From the IMG/VR virus record IMGVR_UViG_3300045988_020586: a DNA stretch of 64,000 bases; one strand, written 5' to 3'. This document shows, piece after piece, positions 47,777 through 59,389 of the stretch. Positions within the stretch are counted from its first letter, which is position 1, and the number at the start of each line of letters is the position of its first letter. Position numbers and translations under genes: made by a program. The notes beneath the pieces were generated by a model. It had not been told where the DNA came from and did no database searches. It saw only the letters and a program-made list of their open reading frames with translations. This stretch comes from a virus.

Positions 47777-50190
47777 ATGAATAATTCAAGTTCTTTATTA
47801 AATAATCTTCAGCTCTACCGTGGTAAGCGTTTTGCTGACTTGGTAGACGAAAACATGATTGCTAATGCAATGCTTACAAAGCCTCATGAAGTAGCAGGCT
47901 TGTTGTCATTGGTTTTTGGTACAAAGGATGATGGTATTTCAACTACCATCGACTTGTTAACTGGTGGTCTTGGTTCAACCATGACTATCGAAAACAGAGA
48001 GTATGAGTGGTCTGTAATGATTGATGCTGACCACGCTGTTAATATCCGCTATGCTAAGTGGAATGGCAAGGAGATCACTCCTAAGTCAATTACAGACGGT
48101 TTGACCCCAGGTATTAATAATACTCCTATTTATCTTGGTCTTGAGGAGAAATGGTTCGGTGGGTTCTATAGCGCATAACCTGTGCCGCCTTTTATAGTAA
48201 TATAAATTGAAAAATCCAGAGAATTGCTGGAAACTCCTAAAGAATTTTATACCCTAGAGTTATAAATAAAATTATAGATATATGAATAATATAAAAAATG
48301 GACAATCAGCAGCCGAGCAAGGCTACTAGATGAAAGACATACCGGGATGGGAAGGTCTTTACGCATGTACAACACATGGTGATATTTGGTCATATAGAAG
48401 TGATAAGTTTTTATCGCCAAGTAAAAATAAAAGAGGTTATCTACACGTTACTTTTACAAAAGATGGCAAAAGATACGATTATAGAGTCAATAGACTTGTA
48501 GCTATGACATTTCTAGATAACCCAAACAATTTGCCACAAGTAAACCATATAGATGGAAACAAATTGAATAATTATCTATCTAATCTAGAATGGTGCACAC
48601 CAGAATATAATATACAACACGGAAAGGAACACGGATTGTTTAAAGGACATTGCTTTAATCCTCCAATACATACAAAAGATGGTCCACAAGTTGCATATGT
48701 ATTTACTAATGTTTATAATGGGGCGCAGTTCACCATATATGGTTTTAAAGCTTTGAGGAAGCAATTTAGAATAAGTGGTTATACTTATGGGTTGATTCAA
48801 AAACATGCGAACACAGGAGACTATATTAAAGCTGGATTGCTTAAAGGTCTTCGTGTTGACAAAGTAGACTTGAAGGTTCATCGACTAACCGCTAACCACG
48901 GTGTAGGGTCAAGTGACCCGAAGTACTGGAAACCCTTTCTTTAGGGTTGTGATATAGTCAATTCTTCATCGAAAGATGAAGCTGCTAGCGAGAATGCCAT
49001 AGCTAGCGATTCGGAATTAACGACTCCGAGTGAATAAAAAGCCAGGCGCTATTTTGGCATTTGACAACGTAAACTTCCAGGTACGTGTAAACGGTACTCC
49101 ATATCAGGATGGTAGCACATGGGTATATGAGTGCTACGTAGCAGAAGGCTTCCAGGGTTCTTATATTCCTTGTGAGTATTTGCTCCCAGGTCGTCAGGTA
49201 GATCGTATCGGTTCTGCATACGAGGAGTACAGTGATGAGGCAGATATCATCAACTATCAGACTCCATTTAAGATGCGTAATAGCTTGATGACTATGCGTC
49301 TTACTTACGATATCACCGGTGATGCTTACTCTACAGTATTGGCTATCGCTTTGACTGATCCTGAGACAGGCAAGAAGTCTTATTTGTGGTCTGACTATCA
49401 GTATTGGAAGGCTCTTCGTGAGTGGAAGAAGAGAGAGGAGAAGCAGTTGCTGTTCGCTCACTCTAACCGTAATGCAGATGGTACTTATAATCTGAAGGGT
49501 ACTAATGGTCGTTTCGTTCCAATCTCTGCAGGTTTGTTCGAGCAGATTGCTCCAGCTAACGTACGTTACTATACAAAGCTGACTACAGAGTTGTTTGAGG
49601 ATTACCTGTTCGACCTCTGCTATAATATCATCGGTACTAACGAGCGTAAGTTTGTTGCCTTGACTGGTGAGATGGGTATCCGTGAGTTCGACCGTATCTT
49701 GAAGGAGAAGGCAGCTAGCTTCAATATGATTGACACACACTTCATTACAGGTTCTGGTCAGGATCTGAAGTTGGGTGGTCAGTTCACAACTTACACTATG
49801 ACTAATGGTATTGAGTTGACAGTTAAGCGTTGCGCTATGTTTGATAACATGGAGATGTTCCGTCAGCTTCACCCATTGACAGGTAAGCCATTGATGTCTT
49901 ACACATTCTTGTTCGTTGATCTTGGTCGTCGTGATGGTCAGGCTAACATCGTTAAGGTATGTCGTAAGGGTCGTGAGTTCGTACAGTGGTGTACTGGTGG
50001 TTCTGTATTGCCAAATGGTTATGCAAACAACATCAATACTATGCGTTCTAACAGCCGTGATGGTTACCAGGTACACTTCCTTGGTGAAGAGGGTATCATG
50101 TTGAGAAACCCATTGTCATGTGGTATCTTGTACTGTGATGCTGAAGACCAGGAGTCTATTGCAGTTGAGAATAGAGCAGCAGAGCTCTAA
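47777..50190 (+). CDS. Major capsid protein, split gene: approx. join(47777..48160, 49033..50190); no TAG codons
   Basis: Two long, strongly codon-biased ORFs flank an HNH ORF, at the expected position after portal/scaffold. The combined ~513 aa is capsid-sized. The junction is inferred from a P1-like helix with T48160.G48182 and from frame continuity. Confidence 0.7.
48161..49032 (+). mobile_element. Group I-like intron in the capsid gene (boundaries +/- ~10 nt)
   Basis: Exon frames differ and are separated by stops. P1-like pairing GT|GGGTT..AACCTGT; 3' hairpins TCATC-GAAA-GATGA and TCGGA..TCCGA; the intron would end in G49032. Confidence 0.6.
48330..48944 (+). CDS. Intron-encoded HNH homing endonuclease (NUMOD4-like N-terminus)
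   Basis: IPGWEGLYACTTHGDIWS...QVNHIDGNKLNNYLSNLEWCTPEYNIQH; no internal TAG, but the stop codon itself is TAG (48942-48944). Confidence 0.8.
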   Translation: MKDIPGWEGLYACTTHGDIWSYRSDKFLSPSKNKRGYLHVTFTKDGKRYDYRVNRLVAMTFLDNPNNLPQVNHIDGNKLNNYLSNLEWCTPEYNIQHGKEHGLFKGHCFNPPIHTKDGPQVAYVFTNVYNGAQFTIYGFKALRKQFRISGYTYGLIQKHANTGDYIKAGLLKGLRVDKVDLKVHRLTANHGVGSSDPKYWKPFL

Positions 50191-50217
50191 TTAATTAAAT
50201 AATATACAATGTTCAAC

Positions 50218-50237
50218 CCCACCCAAAATCGGGTGGG
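50218..50237 (+). terminator. Hairpin after the capsid gene
   Basis: CCCACCC-AAAATC-GGGTGGG (7 bp, GC-rich), no clear U-tract. Confidence 0.4.
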
Positions 50238-50269
50238 AGCTTGGCATTGCAACAACTAATTGAAAAATT

Positions 50270-51022
50270 ATGGTAGTTGAATTAAAGATCAGAAAGAAAA
50301 ATCCCTGGGCTGGATTGTTAAAGTACAAACATTGTTTTGATTATATTGCACCTTACTTTACCAGATCTGGGTCGATATACACAGGTTTAACACCTGAGGA
50401 CGAAAAGAAATTTGAAAAGGAGCTTGGCTATCCAGAAGGCCATCTCGCTAAGAATTCACCATTCTGGAATACATTCTGTGTTAAGGTTGGCTCTAAGAGC
50501 ACAATTCTCGACGATTCGTTCCCACGATAGGCTATGATTATTAAGTTCCTTGAGGGACATAAGAGAGTAGCTACATCGCTTGATAAGCTTAATGCTGGTA
50601 AGGATTATCTGCTTATTAATAGGCAGGCTGAAGCTATTGAGAAGAATAAGATTAATAAGCTTCGTAGAGACGCTATTATTGCCTTTGGCAAGCTTTCTCT
50701 TGAAGAGATGCGTAAGTGTCTCAGACTGTTCGGTGTTAGCGCTGATACAATGTCTAATGAGCTTGTAGAGTCTACATTGTTCTCATTGGTTGACAAGTAG
50801 CCATAGAACTTCTTTACTAAGTGGGTTAATAACAAGACAAAGGAAACAGAGTTCTTGATCGAGAGTGCTATTGCCAAGGGTATTATCCGCAAGGATAGAA
50901 CACAGTACTATTATGGTTCTGAGATGCTTGCAGACTCATTGTAGGATTGTATTGCATACTTGGACGCAAAGAAGAATCAAGACTTAAAGATCTCGATCAT
51001 TAATCAGGTTGAGAATAAATAA
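50270..51022 (+). CDS. hypothetical head-module protein (250 aa; 4 in-frame TAG)
   Basis: Track pieces 50270.. and 50534.. share one frame; continues to TAA at 51020. Confidence 0.65.
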
Positions 51023-51036
51023 TAAACTAACGACGT

Positions 51037-51753
51037 ATGACGCACAGTGATATTTATATTAAGTTTATGATTGAATATGACAAGGCAAATATAACTTCGT
51101 CATATCCGTCGCTAACTGAATATGAAATTGCAACAATATTAGATAAAGCGTACTTAGCTTTAATAGCTCAAAAATTAACAGGGAACAATCCAAGAAGATC
51201 TGCTTTTGAATCTGATGTTAAAGCAATTGAAGATTTAAGACCGCTAATAAAACAAGCTTCATTACATGGAGAACATAGCAATATTGTTACAAATGAATAC
51301 ATTTATTCATTAAATATACAAGACTATCTATATTACATTTCTAGCACAATATCATTAAATGCTAATAATAGTTCTATAGATAATCAGAAGCATATAATTC
51401 AGTCTATTAGTCTTATCTCTCATGAAAATGCAAATAAATTTAAGTCCACATCAACAAATTTACCTTGGGTTAAGAACCCAGTATGTTACATAGATAATAA
51501 GCGTATACATGTTTTAATTGATCCGTATGACGTTAAAAACAACAGCGGTGATATGGTGTTAGATGTAACATATATAAAGACTCCTAACAAGTTTGTAAAA
51601 GGCACAAGTTTAGTTGATTTTGGAGATACAGAATTAGAGATAAATGATGCTATGGCTGAAGAGCTTGTTAATTTAGCAATTATAATGTCTACTGAGATTG
51701 TAGAATCCAGTAGATTATCTACTAAAGTAAATACTAGACCACTAGAATCATGA
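51037..51753 (+). CDS. hypothetical structural protein (238 aa; no TAG)
   Basis: ORF track; ATG; TGA overlapping the next ATG. Confidence 0.7.
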   Translation: MTHSDIYIKFMIEYDKANITSSYPSLTEYEIATILDKAYLALIAQKLTGNNPRRSAFESDVKAIEDLRPLIKQASLHGEHSNIVTNEYIYSLNIQDYLYYISSTISLNANNSSIDNQKHIIQSISLISHENANKFKSTSTNLPWVKNPVCYIDNKRIHVLIDPYDVKNNSGDMVLDVTYIKTPNKFVKGTSLVDFGDTELEINDAMAEELVNLAIIMSTEIVESSRLSTKVNTRPLES

Positions 51754-52508
51754 CGCAAGAACAAACTAGAAAGCTTGGTATTGAGTTTGAAAGAAGGATA
51801 ACAGAAATGTATCCACAGTTCGCAATAGAAGATAAACTTGATACCGATACAATATATTCTTTTTTAAGTGAATATCAATCCTAGTATGTAAAGACTTTAT
51901 ATGTAGCCGAAGGTTAGACACAAAGTGGTACTAGGCAAGATAATAAAATTCACGACATATTGTCTAATCTTATTAGACATGAAGATATCAAACCTTCAAA
52001 TGAAGTAGATAACTGCTAGTTAGAGTTTGACTTACCTGCAGACTATTCTATGTATATTACTTCATATAGTGTCGTAGATAGAACTTATAAAAGTAACAAA
52101 ACCTTAGACACGCCTGTGTATCTTGATAATGTAAACGTTAAGCAAGATTTGGCTGTTAGGTTTTTAGATGTAGCCTATAACTAGAAAGGGGTTCTGTAGA
52201 AACCATTGGTAGTATTAGATCAGAATAATCAAAATACCACAATCAGACTTATACATGATACTTATACGCATATATCTAGTATAAATCTTACATACTATTG
52301 TTACCCATACGCATTCAATGTGATGAAGTTTAATGATTAGGATAAATCAACTGGAGCTGTACATAGTTATTGTGAATTACCTTATAGCTGCTTTGAAGAC
52401 ATAGTTTCAGGAGCTGTAGATATGTATATAACTTAGTATAAATTCAGATTATAGCTTGGAGGTAAACAGCAATAGTAGAAACCACAACAAGAATAGGAGG
52501 ATAAGTAA
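51750..52508 (+). CDS. hypothetical structural protein (252 aa; 11 in-frame TAG)
   Basis: ATGA overlap start; own translation through to TAA 52506; C-terminal ..GGKQQ**KPQQE*EDK (* = TAG). Confidence 0.6.
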
Positions 52509-53203
52509 TGAGATATATAGATATATTAGTAAGCCTCGAAAGAGAAATTAATAAGTTTGACGACCCAGTACAGAAGCCTTCTACAGACGAATCATTATTC
52601 TGGCTTAATCAGGCTGTAGCCAAGTTTGTTAAAACTAGGTTTAATGGAGATATCGTTCACGGTACGTCATACGAACAGAATGAGAAGCGTAGAAACGATT
52701 TAATTAAGCTGTATCAAACAATTGTCTATCAAAGTGACAATATGTAGGTAGACGAATCAGAACCGTCTTATACTTCATACTATGCGCAATATCCTAATGA
52801 TTTTATGTTCGCTCTTAACGAAGATGTTGTTATATCTGATTTGCAAAACCACAATAAGATTAACACTTGTATGTTTGAGTGTACTTAGGATAGTTTTATG
52901 TATAGAGTCAATAATAGTTTAACCGACTTCCATTATAGATACCACAGAGCTAGACCATTAAGAGTTCGTGTTAATGATGGATGTAAACTATTAACTGACA
53001 AATAGTACAAAATATATAAATATTCTTTAGGTTATTTGCGCAAGCCTAAAGAGATAACCCTCGAAAAACCATATGATGAGTACAATGATTTCGAGGATAT
53101 TATAATGCCTGAGATAATTAAAATAGCAGCACAAATGTATCTTGAAAACAAGAAGGACGAAAGATACCGCACTATTACTCAGGAAGTTAGTACTCAAGAA
53201 TAA
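52508..53203 (+). CDS. hypothetical structural protein (231 aa; 3 in-frame TAG)
   Basis: TAATG overlap start; track ORF 52508..52747 extended in frame to TAA 53201. Confidence 0.65.
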
Positions 53204-53275
53204 TTTTAACGCGGAAAGCCCAGCTGGTTAGGTCCAGTGTAACTAATTAGGGTGAGTAGAAAAAATTAATATATT

Positions 53276-54400
53276 ATGATTACATATGTAAATACCGTAT
53301 TGGTATCAAATAAGGGTGGTGATACACTCGCTACAAAGGAAGAGCTTGCAGGCAAGCAGAAGAAGGGTGATCTTAAAGAGTTGGTTGGTAAGTTCGTATT
53401 TATGAATTGCGACGCAGCTGCTCAGGATGGCTCAAATATCGAGGATATTTATGCAGTTGATGAGAACTGCGATAGATTTAAGATTGGTGTTGTAACTAGT
53501 GATAGTTTCCAGAAGGCTGACAAGATGGGTAATGTAACATACATCCCTGTTGTTAAGTGGTCTAATATCATCAATGCAGCAGACATTAAGTCTATTACAA
53601 AGCTCGATTATAAGGAGGATACAGAGGATACAATTTCAATTGATTTCTCTACAATTCCTGCAGAGACTTTGGATATTCTTTCAGCAGGTGGTTGTCCTGT
53701 AGTACTTCGCCTTACTTTCAAGGATATGCCTATGCGTTATCGTAAGTGGACTGAGTCTTATAGCTATGTAACAATGCCTGGCGATGGTATTCAGAATATT
53801 ATGCAGGGCCTTGTTAAGGATATCGTACGTGCTTCTAAGCGTCAGCGTGTATACGCAAAGATTGATGGCACTAAGCTCGTGCTTGAGGCAATGAAGTATG
53901 ACGATGATGAGCAGGCTGTAACAGAGAACGTTTATGCAAAGGTTCGCTTTGATGCAAATGCTTATTGGATGAATCCACAGGCTCCAGGTTGGGCGGCTAA
54001 TAACAAGTATGACCTTGGTGTTAAGTTTGTTAAGAAGGAGGGTGTAACTTACCCTGCATCTGCAAAGCTTGTACGTGATCGCGAGCGTTCAGCATTTGAC
54101 TATCAGGGTGTACTCCATCGTAGCTGCTGGTATGACCCACAGCCTAATATGGTTACAAATATTGATAACCATTACGGTGGTATTACTATCGAGTTCGAGA
54201 ACCAGTATCGTACAGCTGACGATCTCTGGCGTAGAACAAAGCAGACAGTAGAAATCTATGCTTCTAACAATGGTACCGAGATTGGTGCTGCAGAGATCGG
54301 TGATGGTCTCTTGGCTAAGTTTGGCAAGATGGTTGCTACTCGTCAGAACATCGCTAACCCAGTTAGCAATTCAACTGCGTACGACGGTACAAAGTATTAA
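53276..54400 (+). CDS. Abundant-looking structural protein (374 aa; no TAG)
   Basis: ORF track; capsid-like codon bias; followed by the strongest terminator in the window. Confidence 0.75.
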   Translation: MITYVNTVLVSNKGGDTLATKEELAGKQKKGDLKELVGKFVFMNCDAAAQDGSNIEDIYAVDENCDRFKIGVVTSDSFQKADKMGNVTYIPVVKWSNIINAADIKSITKLDYKEDTEDTISIDFSTIPAETLDILSAGGCPVVLRLTFKDMPMRYRKWTESYSYVTMPGDGIQNIMQGLVKDIVRASKRQRVYAKIDGTKLVLEAMKYDDDEQAVTENVYAKVRFDANAYWMNPQAPGWAANNKYDLGVKFVKKEGVTYPASAKLVRDRERSAFDYQGVLHRSCWYDPQPNMVTNIDNHYGGITIEFENQYRTADDLWRRTKQTVEIYASNNGTEIGAAEIGDGLLAKFGKMVATRQNIANPVSNSTAYDGTKY

Positions 54401-54407
54401 TTTAAAT

Positions 54408-54448
54408 ACCGGGGTGGGGTTCTTACCCTATCTCGGTTTTTTGTTTTT
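54408..54448 (+). terminator. Rho-independent terminator
   Basis: ~30-nt imperfect hairpin ACCGGGGTGGGGT-TCTT-ACCCTATCTCGGT followed by TTTTTTGTTTTT. Confidence 0.7.
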
Positions 54449-54462
54449 AAACATATTATAAT

Positions 54463-55815
54463 ATGCAAAAGATTAGAATTGGAAACGATATTAGATTAAA
54501 TCTAACTCTTCGTGGTCCTAGAACATACGATTAGGCTAGTATTAAGAAATTAGCTTGTTATTTAATAAATACATCTGTAGCAGACTTTTATACTGGTGAG
54601 ACATGTTGCAATGACCCACATATGTATGGCCATCCTTGCTTTAATAGATGCGGTTGCCATTCATATCATGTAGAGCCACGTTGCTGCAGACCATATCATC
54701 ACGACTGTAGATTAAGTGGTAGAGGATGCAATCCTTGCGCAGGAGCTTCTTGTATTCCACCTGCATATTGCAAGCCGTTTGATAGAGTACTTGCTGGCTA
54801 TGATGATAAGTTCTGCTATACAGCATATTCTAAGGTTCTTCCTAAGGCTAACAGTATTCAGTGCTATTTCCCTGCTAAGGATCAGCTTTTCTGCGGAGTA
54901 TATAAACTTGTAGTTGTAGCAGAGATGTATGAACCAGGTTGGGGTAAGACCGACCTTCATACATACACAATGGATTACGGTGAAGTACTTATGCTTGTAA
55001 ATGACAATACTGGAGCAAGTGGCGACATTACTCTTGATGTAGATAAGGACGATATTCTTAATAAGAATATTATTGATATAAGAGTAAAGACTCACGACTT
55101 GTATTTGTATGGTGGTAATCAGATTAGACTTGGTGAACAGGATAAGAAAGACCATTATTATATCATAGAGGTAGAGCTTGAAAATGGTTCTGTACTTGAA
55201 TATACTCCTGGCAATTGGCCTTACGAGAAGCTTCAGTTTGTTGCTACAAAGTCTAGTGTTATATCAATCGAGGAAGAGACTGGTATAATTAGAGCTATTA
55301 ATCAGGAGAATACAAACAGTACTTACGTAACTGTAAAAGCTAAGAACAACGATATTACAACCGGATTTAATGTAACTGTAGTTGGTGGTGATTACGATTA
55401 TATTGGTTATCTCCCAGTTAGACCATTTGCTGCTAATGTTGAAGATGATACAGAAGTAGGATTTAATAGAACTGATCAGTCGTACGAAGACAGTAGCCAG
55501 GAGTATTATACAGCTACAGGTGTAGAAGCTGTTAATACAGACGATCTTAAGAGAGTTGATGATCTTACAAAGCCTGTACAGGTAGAGAATACAAGAGATG
55601 GACAGTATCTTTGGATTGTTACACGTAGACCTATTGCTTATGCTGCAAACATCACAGATAATGGTACAACGGATCTTAACTCAGCTATATATGTACCTCT
55701 CACAAAGTATCAGTAGAAATTGAACGATAGCAAGTATTATTATTGCTGTCCTAACCCAATGAGCGCTAATACTAAGTCTGGTGGAGATATTTTCTATATT
55801 AAACTTGAAGCTTAA
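54463..55815 (+). CDS. Cys-rich / Ig-like domain structural protein (450 aa; 2 in-frame TAG)
   Basis: ATG 54463; TAG at 54532 and 55714. Cys cluster CCNDPHMYGHPCFNRCGCH...RCCRPYHHDCRLSGRGCNPCAGASCIPPAYC; Big_2-like VISIEEETGIIRAINQ...VTVKAKNNDITTGFNVTVV. Confidence 0.65.
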
Positions 55816-55820
55816 TAACT

Positions 55821-56852
55821 ATGGAAGCAAAGAAAGAAGATATTAAAATATATGGTAAGCTTGTAAATGTTACCACAGAGAATGTTGTTGCAGATGCTGA
55901 GCAAATCTGGGACTCTTATTACAAAAAGAACCAGACAGCTGTAAACAGATCTATGCGTGATGACTTTACAAAGTTTGCTAAGAATCCTACATTTGAATCT
56001 GCCGTATTTACAGGAGACTCTACATTCCAGGGCAATATGGCTGTAGAGAAATCTCTTTCTGTAAAAGGCTCTTCAAAATTCTAGGATTAGGCTACATTTA
56101 ACAGTACTATTAGAGCTCATGGAACTCCTAATGGATTGGTTGTAGACCATAAGATTATTACAAACGATATTGAGGTTATGGGTACATTCTAGGCACTTAA
56201 TATTGACACAAATAACCTTGTAGTTCATAATTTGTTAAAGGTAGAGAATGGTGGCTCATTTAGAGTTGATGGAGATACTATCCTTAATAATCTTTCGGTT
56301 AGTGGTACTCTTGATGTTCCTAATGCTACTACAGCTAAATACGGAAGCGTTAGACTTGCTACATCACCATCAGGTTAGGCTAGTACAGATGTCCTTACAG
56401 TTGGCCTTGTAAAGAATATGTTACAGTATGTTCTCCCTGCCTCATCTGAGAACAATATACTTATCTACAGTAATGGCAAGTGGGTTACATCTGCTATTGA
56501 CTAGGTTATTAATAGCAATGCAACTATTAATGAGCATATTAAAAGTATTACTAAGAATACATCTTATACAAAGAATGAGGTATATACCAAGGGAGATGTA
56601 TATAACAAATCTGAAGTAGACAATAAGATTTCTAGCAATATGAATACAGTATATACTAAACAAGAGGTATATACAAAGAGCTAGACGTATAGCAAGGCAG
56701 AAGTAACATAGCTGTTGCAGGATCTTAAAGAGTCAATTCTTAGAGAATACAAGAACAGCTGTTTATGGGAGACTAGCGGAACTGAATTTATTGTTCCTAA
56801 AGATAATAAGAAGATCAAGGTTAACGCAGCTTATAAAAATGCAACATCTTAA
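55821..56852 (+). CDS. Tail fibre/spike-like protein (343 aa; 7 in-frame TAG)
   Basis: Track ORF 55821..56084 extended in frame to TAA 56850. Repeated ..YTK.EVY.K.. motifs. Confidence 0.6.
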
Positions 56853-56866
56853 TAGAGGAGGTATTT

Positions 56867-58426
56867 ATGGAAGAATCAAGTTATAAACATAATTATGAAT
56901 ACCTCTCTATTGAAGAGGCTAAGGCAATTGTAAACGGAACATTTGTACAAGGAACTACAAATATTGGAGGCGAGCTTGCTACTAAGGCTGATATTGACAA
57001 ATTGCTTACAGCTGCTGATAAAAAGTTAACCTCTATTGTTCCTTCTACTGAGGTAAGTAATGAGTTTGTGTGTTTCTTTGAATGCGTTGATAATAGAGTA
57101 GACCCAACTGGTGTTCATGTTACAAATGTTATTATACAGGTTGGTCAGAACCAGAAAATACAATACGAATTAACTCCATCTAATGCTACTGTAGATACAT
57201 GTACATATGAAGTAACAAGTGGATCAGAATACGTTCATATAGCAGATGGTGTAGTTTACGCCGATGCTATTGGAGAAGCTACATGCAAGATAACTATAAA
57301 TGGAAATATTGTTGCTACATTTGTAGTTACTGTTACAAATAATCAGACTGTAAGGTTTGTTGGAAATATATATTTATTAACAAACAAATGGCAATTTGAT
57401 GCGAAGATTCTTTTTTATCATAAAGACTATTTGTATCAATTATCAGACGATCTATAGGATAATGATTATATGATTCATCCAACTTGTTATGTAAAAGGAT
57501 TGCCTGCGTCAATTTGGACTGGAGTTCCTAGAACCATGCTTATAGATTTGCAAGAAATTAAAAATGTGTATCAAAAAATTAAAGATGAACCATCTTTAAT
57601 TAGGGGTAAAACTGTAGAATAGGCCTGTGAGATAAATGGTGGACATTATGTAAAGATAGAGTTTGTTTGTTGGAATAATAATAACGGAGTAGAATACCCG
57701 TTTGTAGTTGATAATTTTGATATAGAGTCTTACTCTTTTGAGAAATATTCAAATTCTTCTATTGTTGCTACAGATAGACTAAATAGACGATTAACATTGG
57801 TTAATTGTAAACAGATGAGTGAAAAAGTTAGTTTTTCTGCTGGTACTATTTATGGAAAATTTGAAGAATACAGTAATGAATTTGACGGAGAGCGCTATAG
57901 TTATACAGATGATAAAAAATAGGATTTGCTTATAACAGATTCTGCTACTTGTATTGGATATATACTTGTAGATCTTGATGCAGAAAATCAAAGTATATAT
58001 ACATTAGTCAAAAATAATGGATCATATATTAGAAAAGGATACCCTTTGTATGGAAATACTATAAAAGAACCAAATATAAGTATAACTACAAATAGTGTGG
58101 ACTCAACTGGTGATACTGTAAAAATAAATGCAACTATAAATAGTGTTAATGGAAAAACGGACATTACTAGCATTAGAGGTGGAATATATGCGTTGTGTGT
58201 TAAAGACGGGAAAACTAATGGAAAGAGATTATTTGGATATGATGACAACGGAGCGTACTGTTGGTTTAATCAGATAGATACCTTACCTTATACTACGTAG
58301 ATAAATATACCTAAAGAAGATTATAAAAAAATACAATTAAAGGCAATGTATTATGACACATCTGAAGAAAAGCCTGTAAGATATGCAAGCAAGGATACCC
58401 CTTTAATTGACGAAATTACATTATAA
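56867..58426 (+). CDS. Structural protein with Ig-like domain (519 aa; 4 in-frame TAG)
   Basis: Track pieces 56867.. and 57926.. share one frame; the link region was read through. Confidence 0.65.
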
Positions 58427-58671
58427 TGGAAGTACTTAGTAAAACTGGACTAGATACGCTCTGGTCTAAAATAAAGGCTAAATTTGCTCTGATATCTGAT
58501 CTCAATGCCTTATCAACAAGAGTTTCAACATTAGAGGCATCATTAAGATCTCTAACTACAACCGTCAATAATCTTCCAACAGCAGTAACTAACGACTAGA
58601 AATATCTTCGTAAGGATAGAAATGATTCTACAAGTTACACCATAACAGCAAAAGGTGTTTATAAAGCTTAA
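58426..58671 (+). CDS. hypothetical protein (81 aa; 1 in-frame TAG)
   Basis: TAATG overlap start; MEVLSKTGLDTLWSKIKAKF resembles the N-terminus of 31438.. (GLDMLWAKVKE). Confidence 0.5.
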
Positions 58672-58676
58672 TTACT

Positions 58677-59102
58677 ATGAAGTTAACATTAAAGAGAATG
58701 GCTTTAAAACCAACATATACAATTGGTAAGCTATACATAGACGATAATTATTTCTGTGACACATTGGAGGATACCGTAAGAGATCTTAATAAAGACGGTA
58801 AGTTTGATAACGGAGAGAAAAAGATTAAAGGTAAAACTGCTATTCCGTACGGTACGTACGAGATTAAGTGGACGTATTCACCTAGGTTCAAGAAATATAC
58901 ACCACAACTTATGAATGTTCCTTCGTTTGAAGGTATCCGTATACACGCAGGAAATACTAATGCATCAACATCAGGGTGCTTACTGCTTGGTGAGAATAAA
59001 AAGGTTGGAATGGTCCTTAACTCAAAAGCTACCATAGCGAAGTTTTGTCCAATTATAAAGGACGCTTGCGCCAAAGGAAAGGTAACAATTGAGATTAAAT
59101 GA
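58677..59102 (+). CDS. Endolysin candidate (His..Cys, YkuD/L,D-peptidase-like signature; no TAG)
   Basis: 141 aa; ..VPSFEGIRIHAGNTNASTSGCLLLG..; lies immediately upstream of holin-like and spanin-like ORFs. Confidence 0.45.
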   Translation: MKLTLKRMALKPTYTIGKLYIDDNYFCDTLEDTVRDLNKDGKFDNGEKKIKGKTAIPYGTYEIKWTYSPRFKKYTPQLMNVPSFEGIRIHAGNTNASTSGCLLLGENKKVGMVLNSKATIAKFCPIIKDACAKGKVTIEIK

Positions 59103-59389
59103 GCAAGATAACAGGAACGTGGCGTGAGAAAATTTAGTACACAACCGCATGTCTCGCGTTTTTAAGCGGTCAAGCTCTAACTTGGATATAGTATTTACAA
59201 TATGGTGAAATCTCCACAGGAGTACTAGGGTTTGTAGCCCAAACATTAGTTTATTCTGCTAGTATCTATGGAGTATCTATTTATATACAGGGCAAGTTTG
59301 GAGAAATGAGAACATATTTAAAAGAATATTTAACAAACAATGAAGCAGCTAATTCAAACAATAAAGAAGAACTACAAGCTGCTGCTTAA
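59099..59389 (+). CDS. Holin-like two-TM protein (96 aa; 2 in-frame TAG)
   Basis: Frame verified codon by codon. TM-like TTACLAFLSGQALTWI and GVLGFVAQTLVYSASIYGVSIYI; start overlaps the previous stop (ATGA). Confidence 0.5.

Noticed and set aside
49003-50076. 357-aa reverse-strand ORF, the longest minus ORF in the right arm
   Set aside because: It lies exactly antisense to capsid exon 2. The sequence is Leu/Thr/Cys/Ile-rich and low in complexity, typical of a stop-poor mirror frame of a strongly codon-biased gene. The forward ORF has the expected context.
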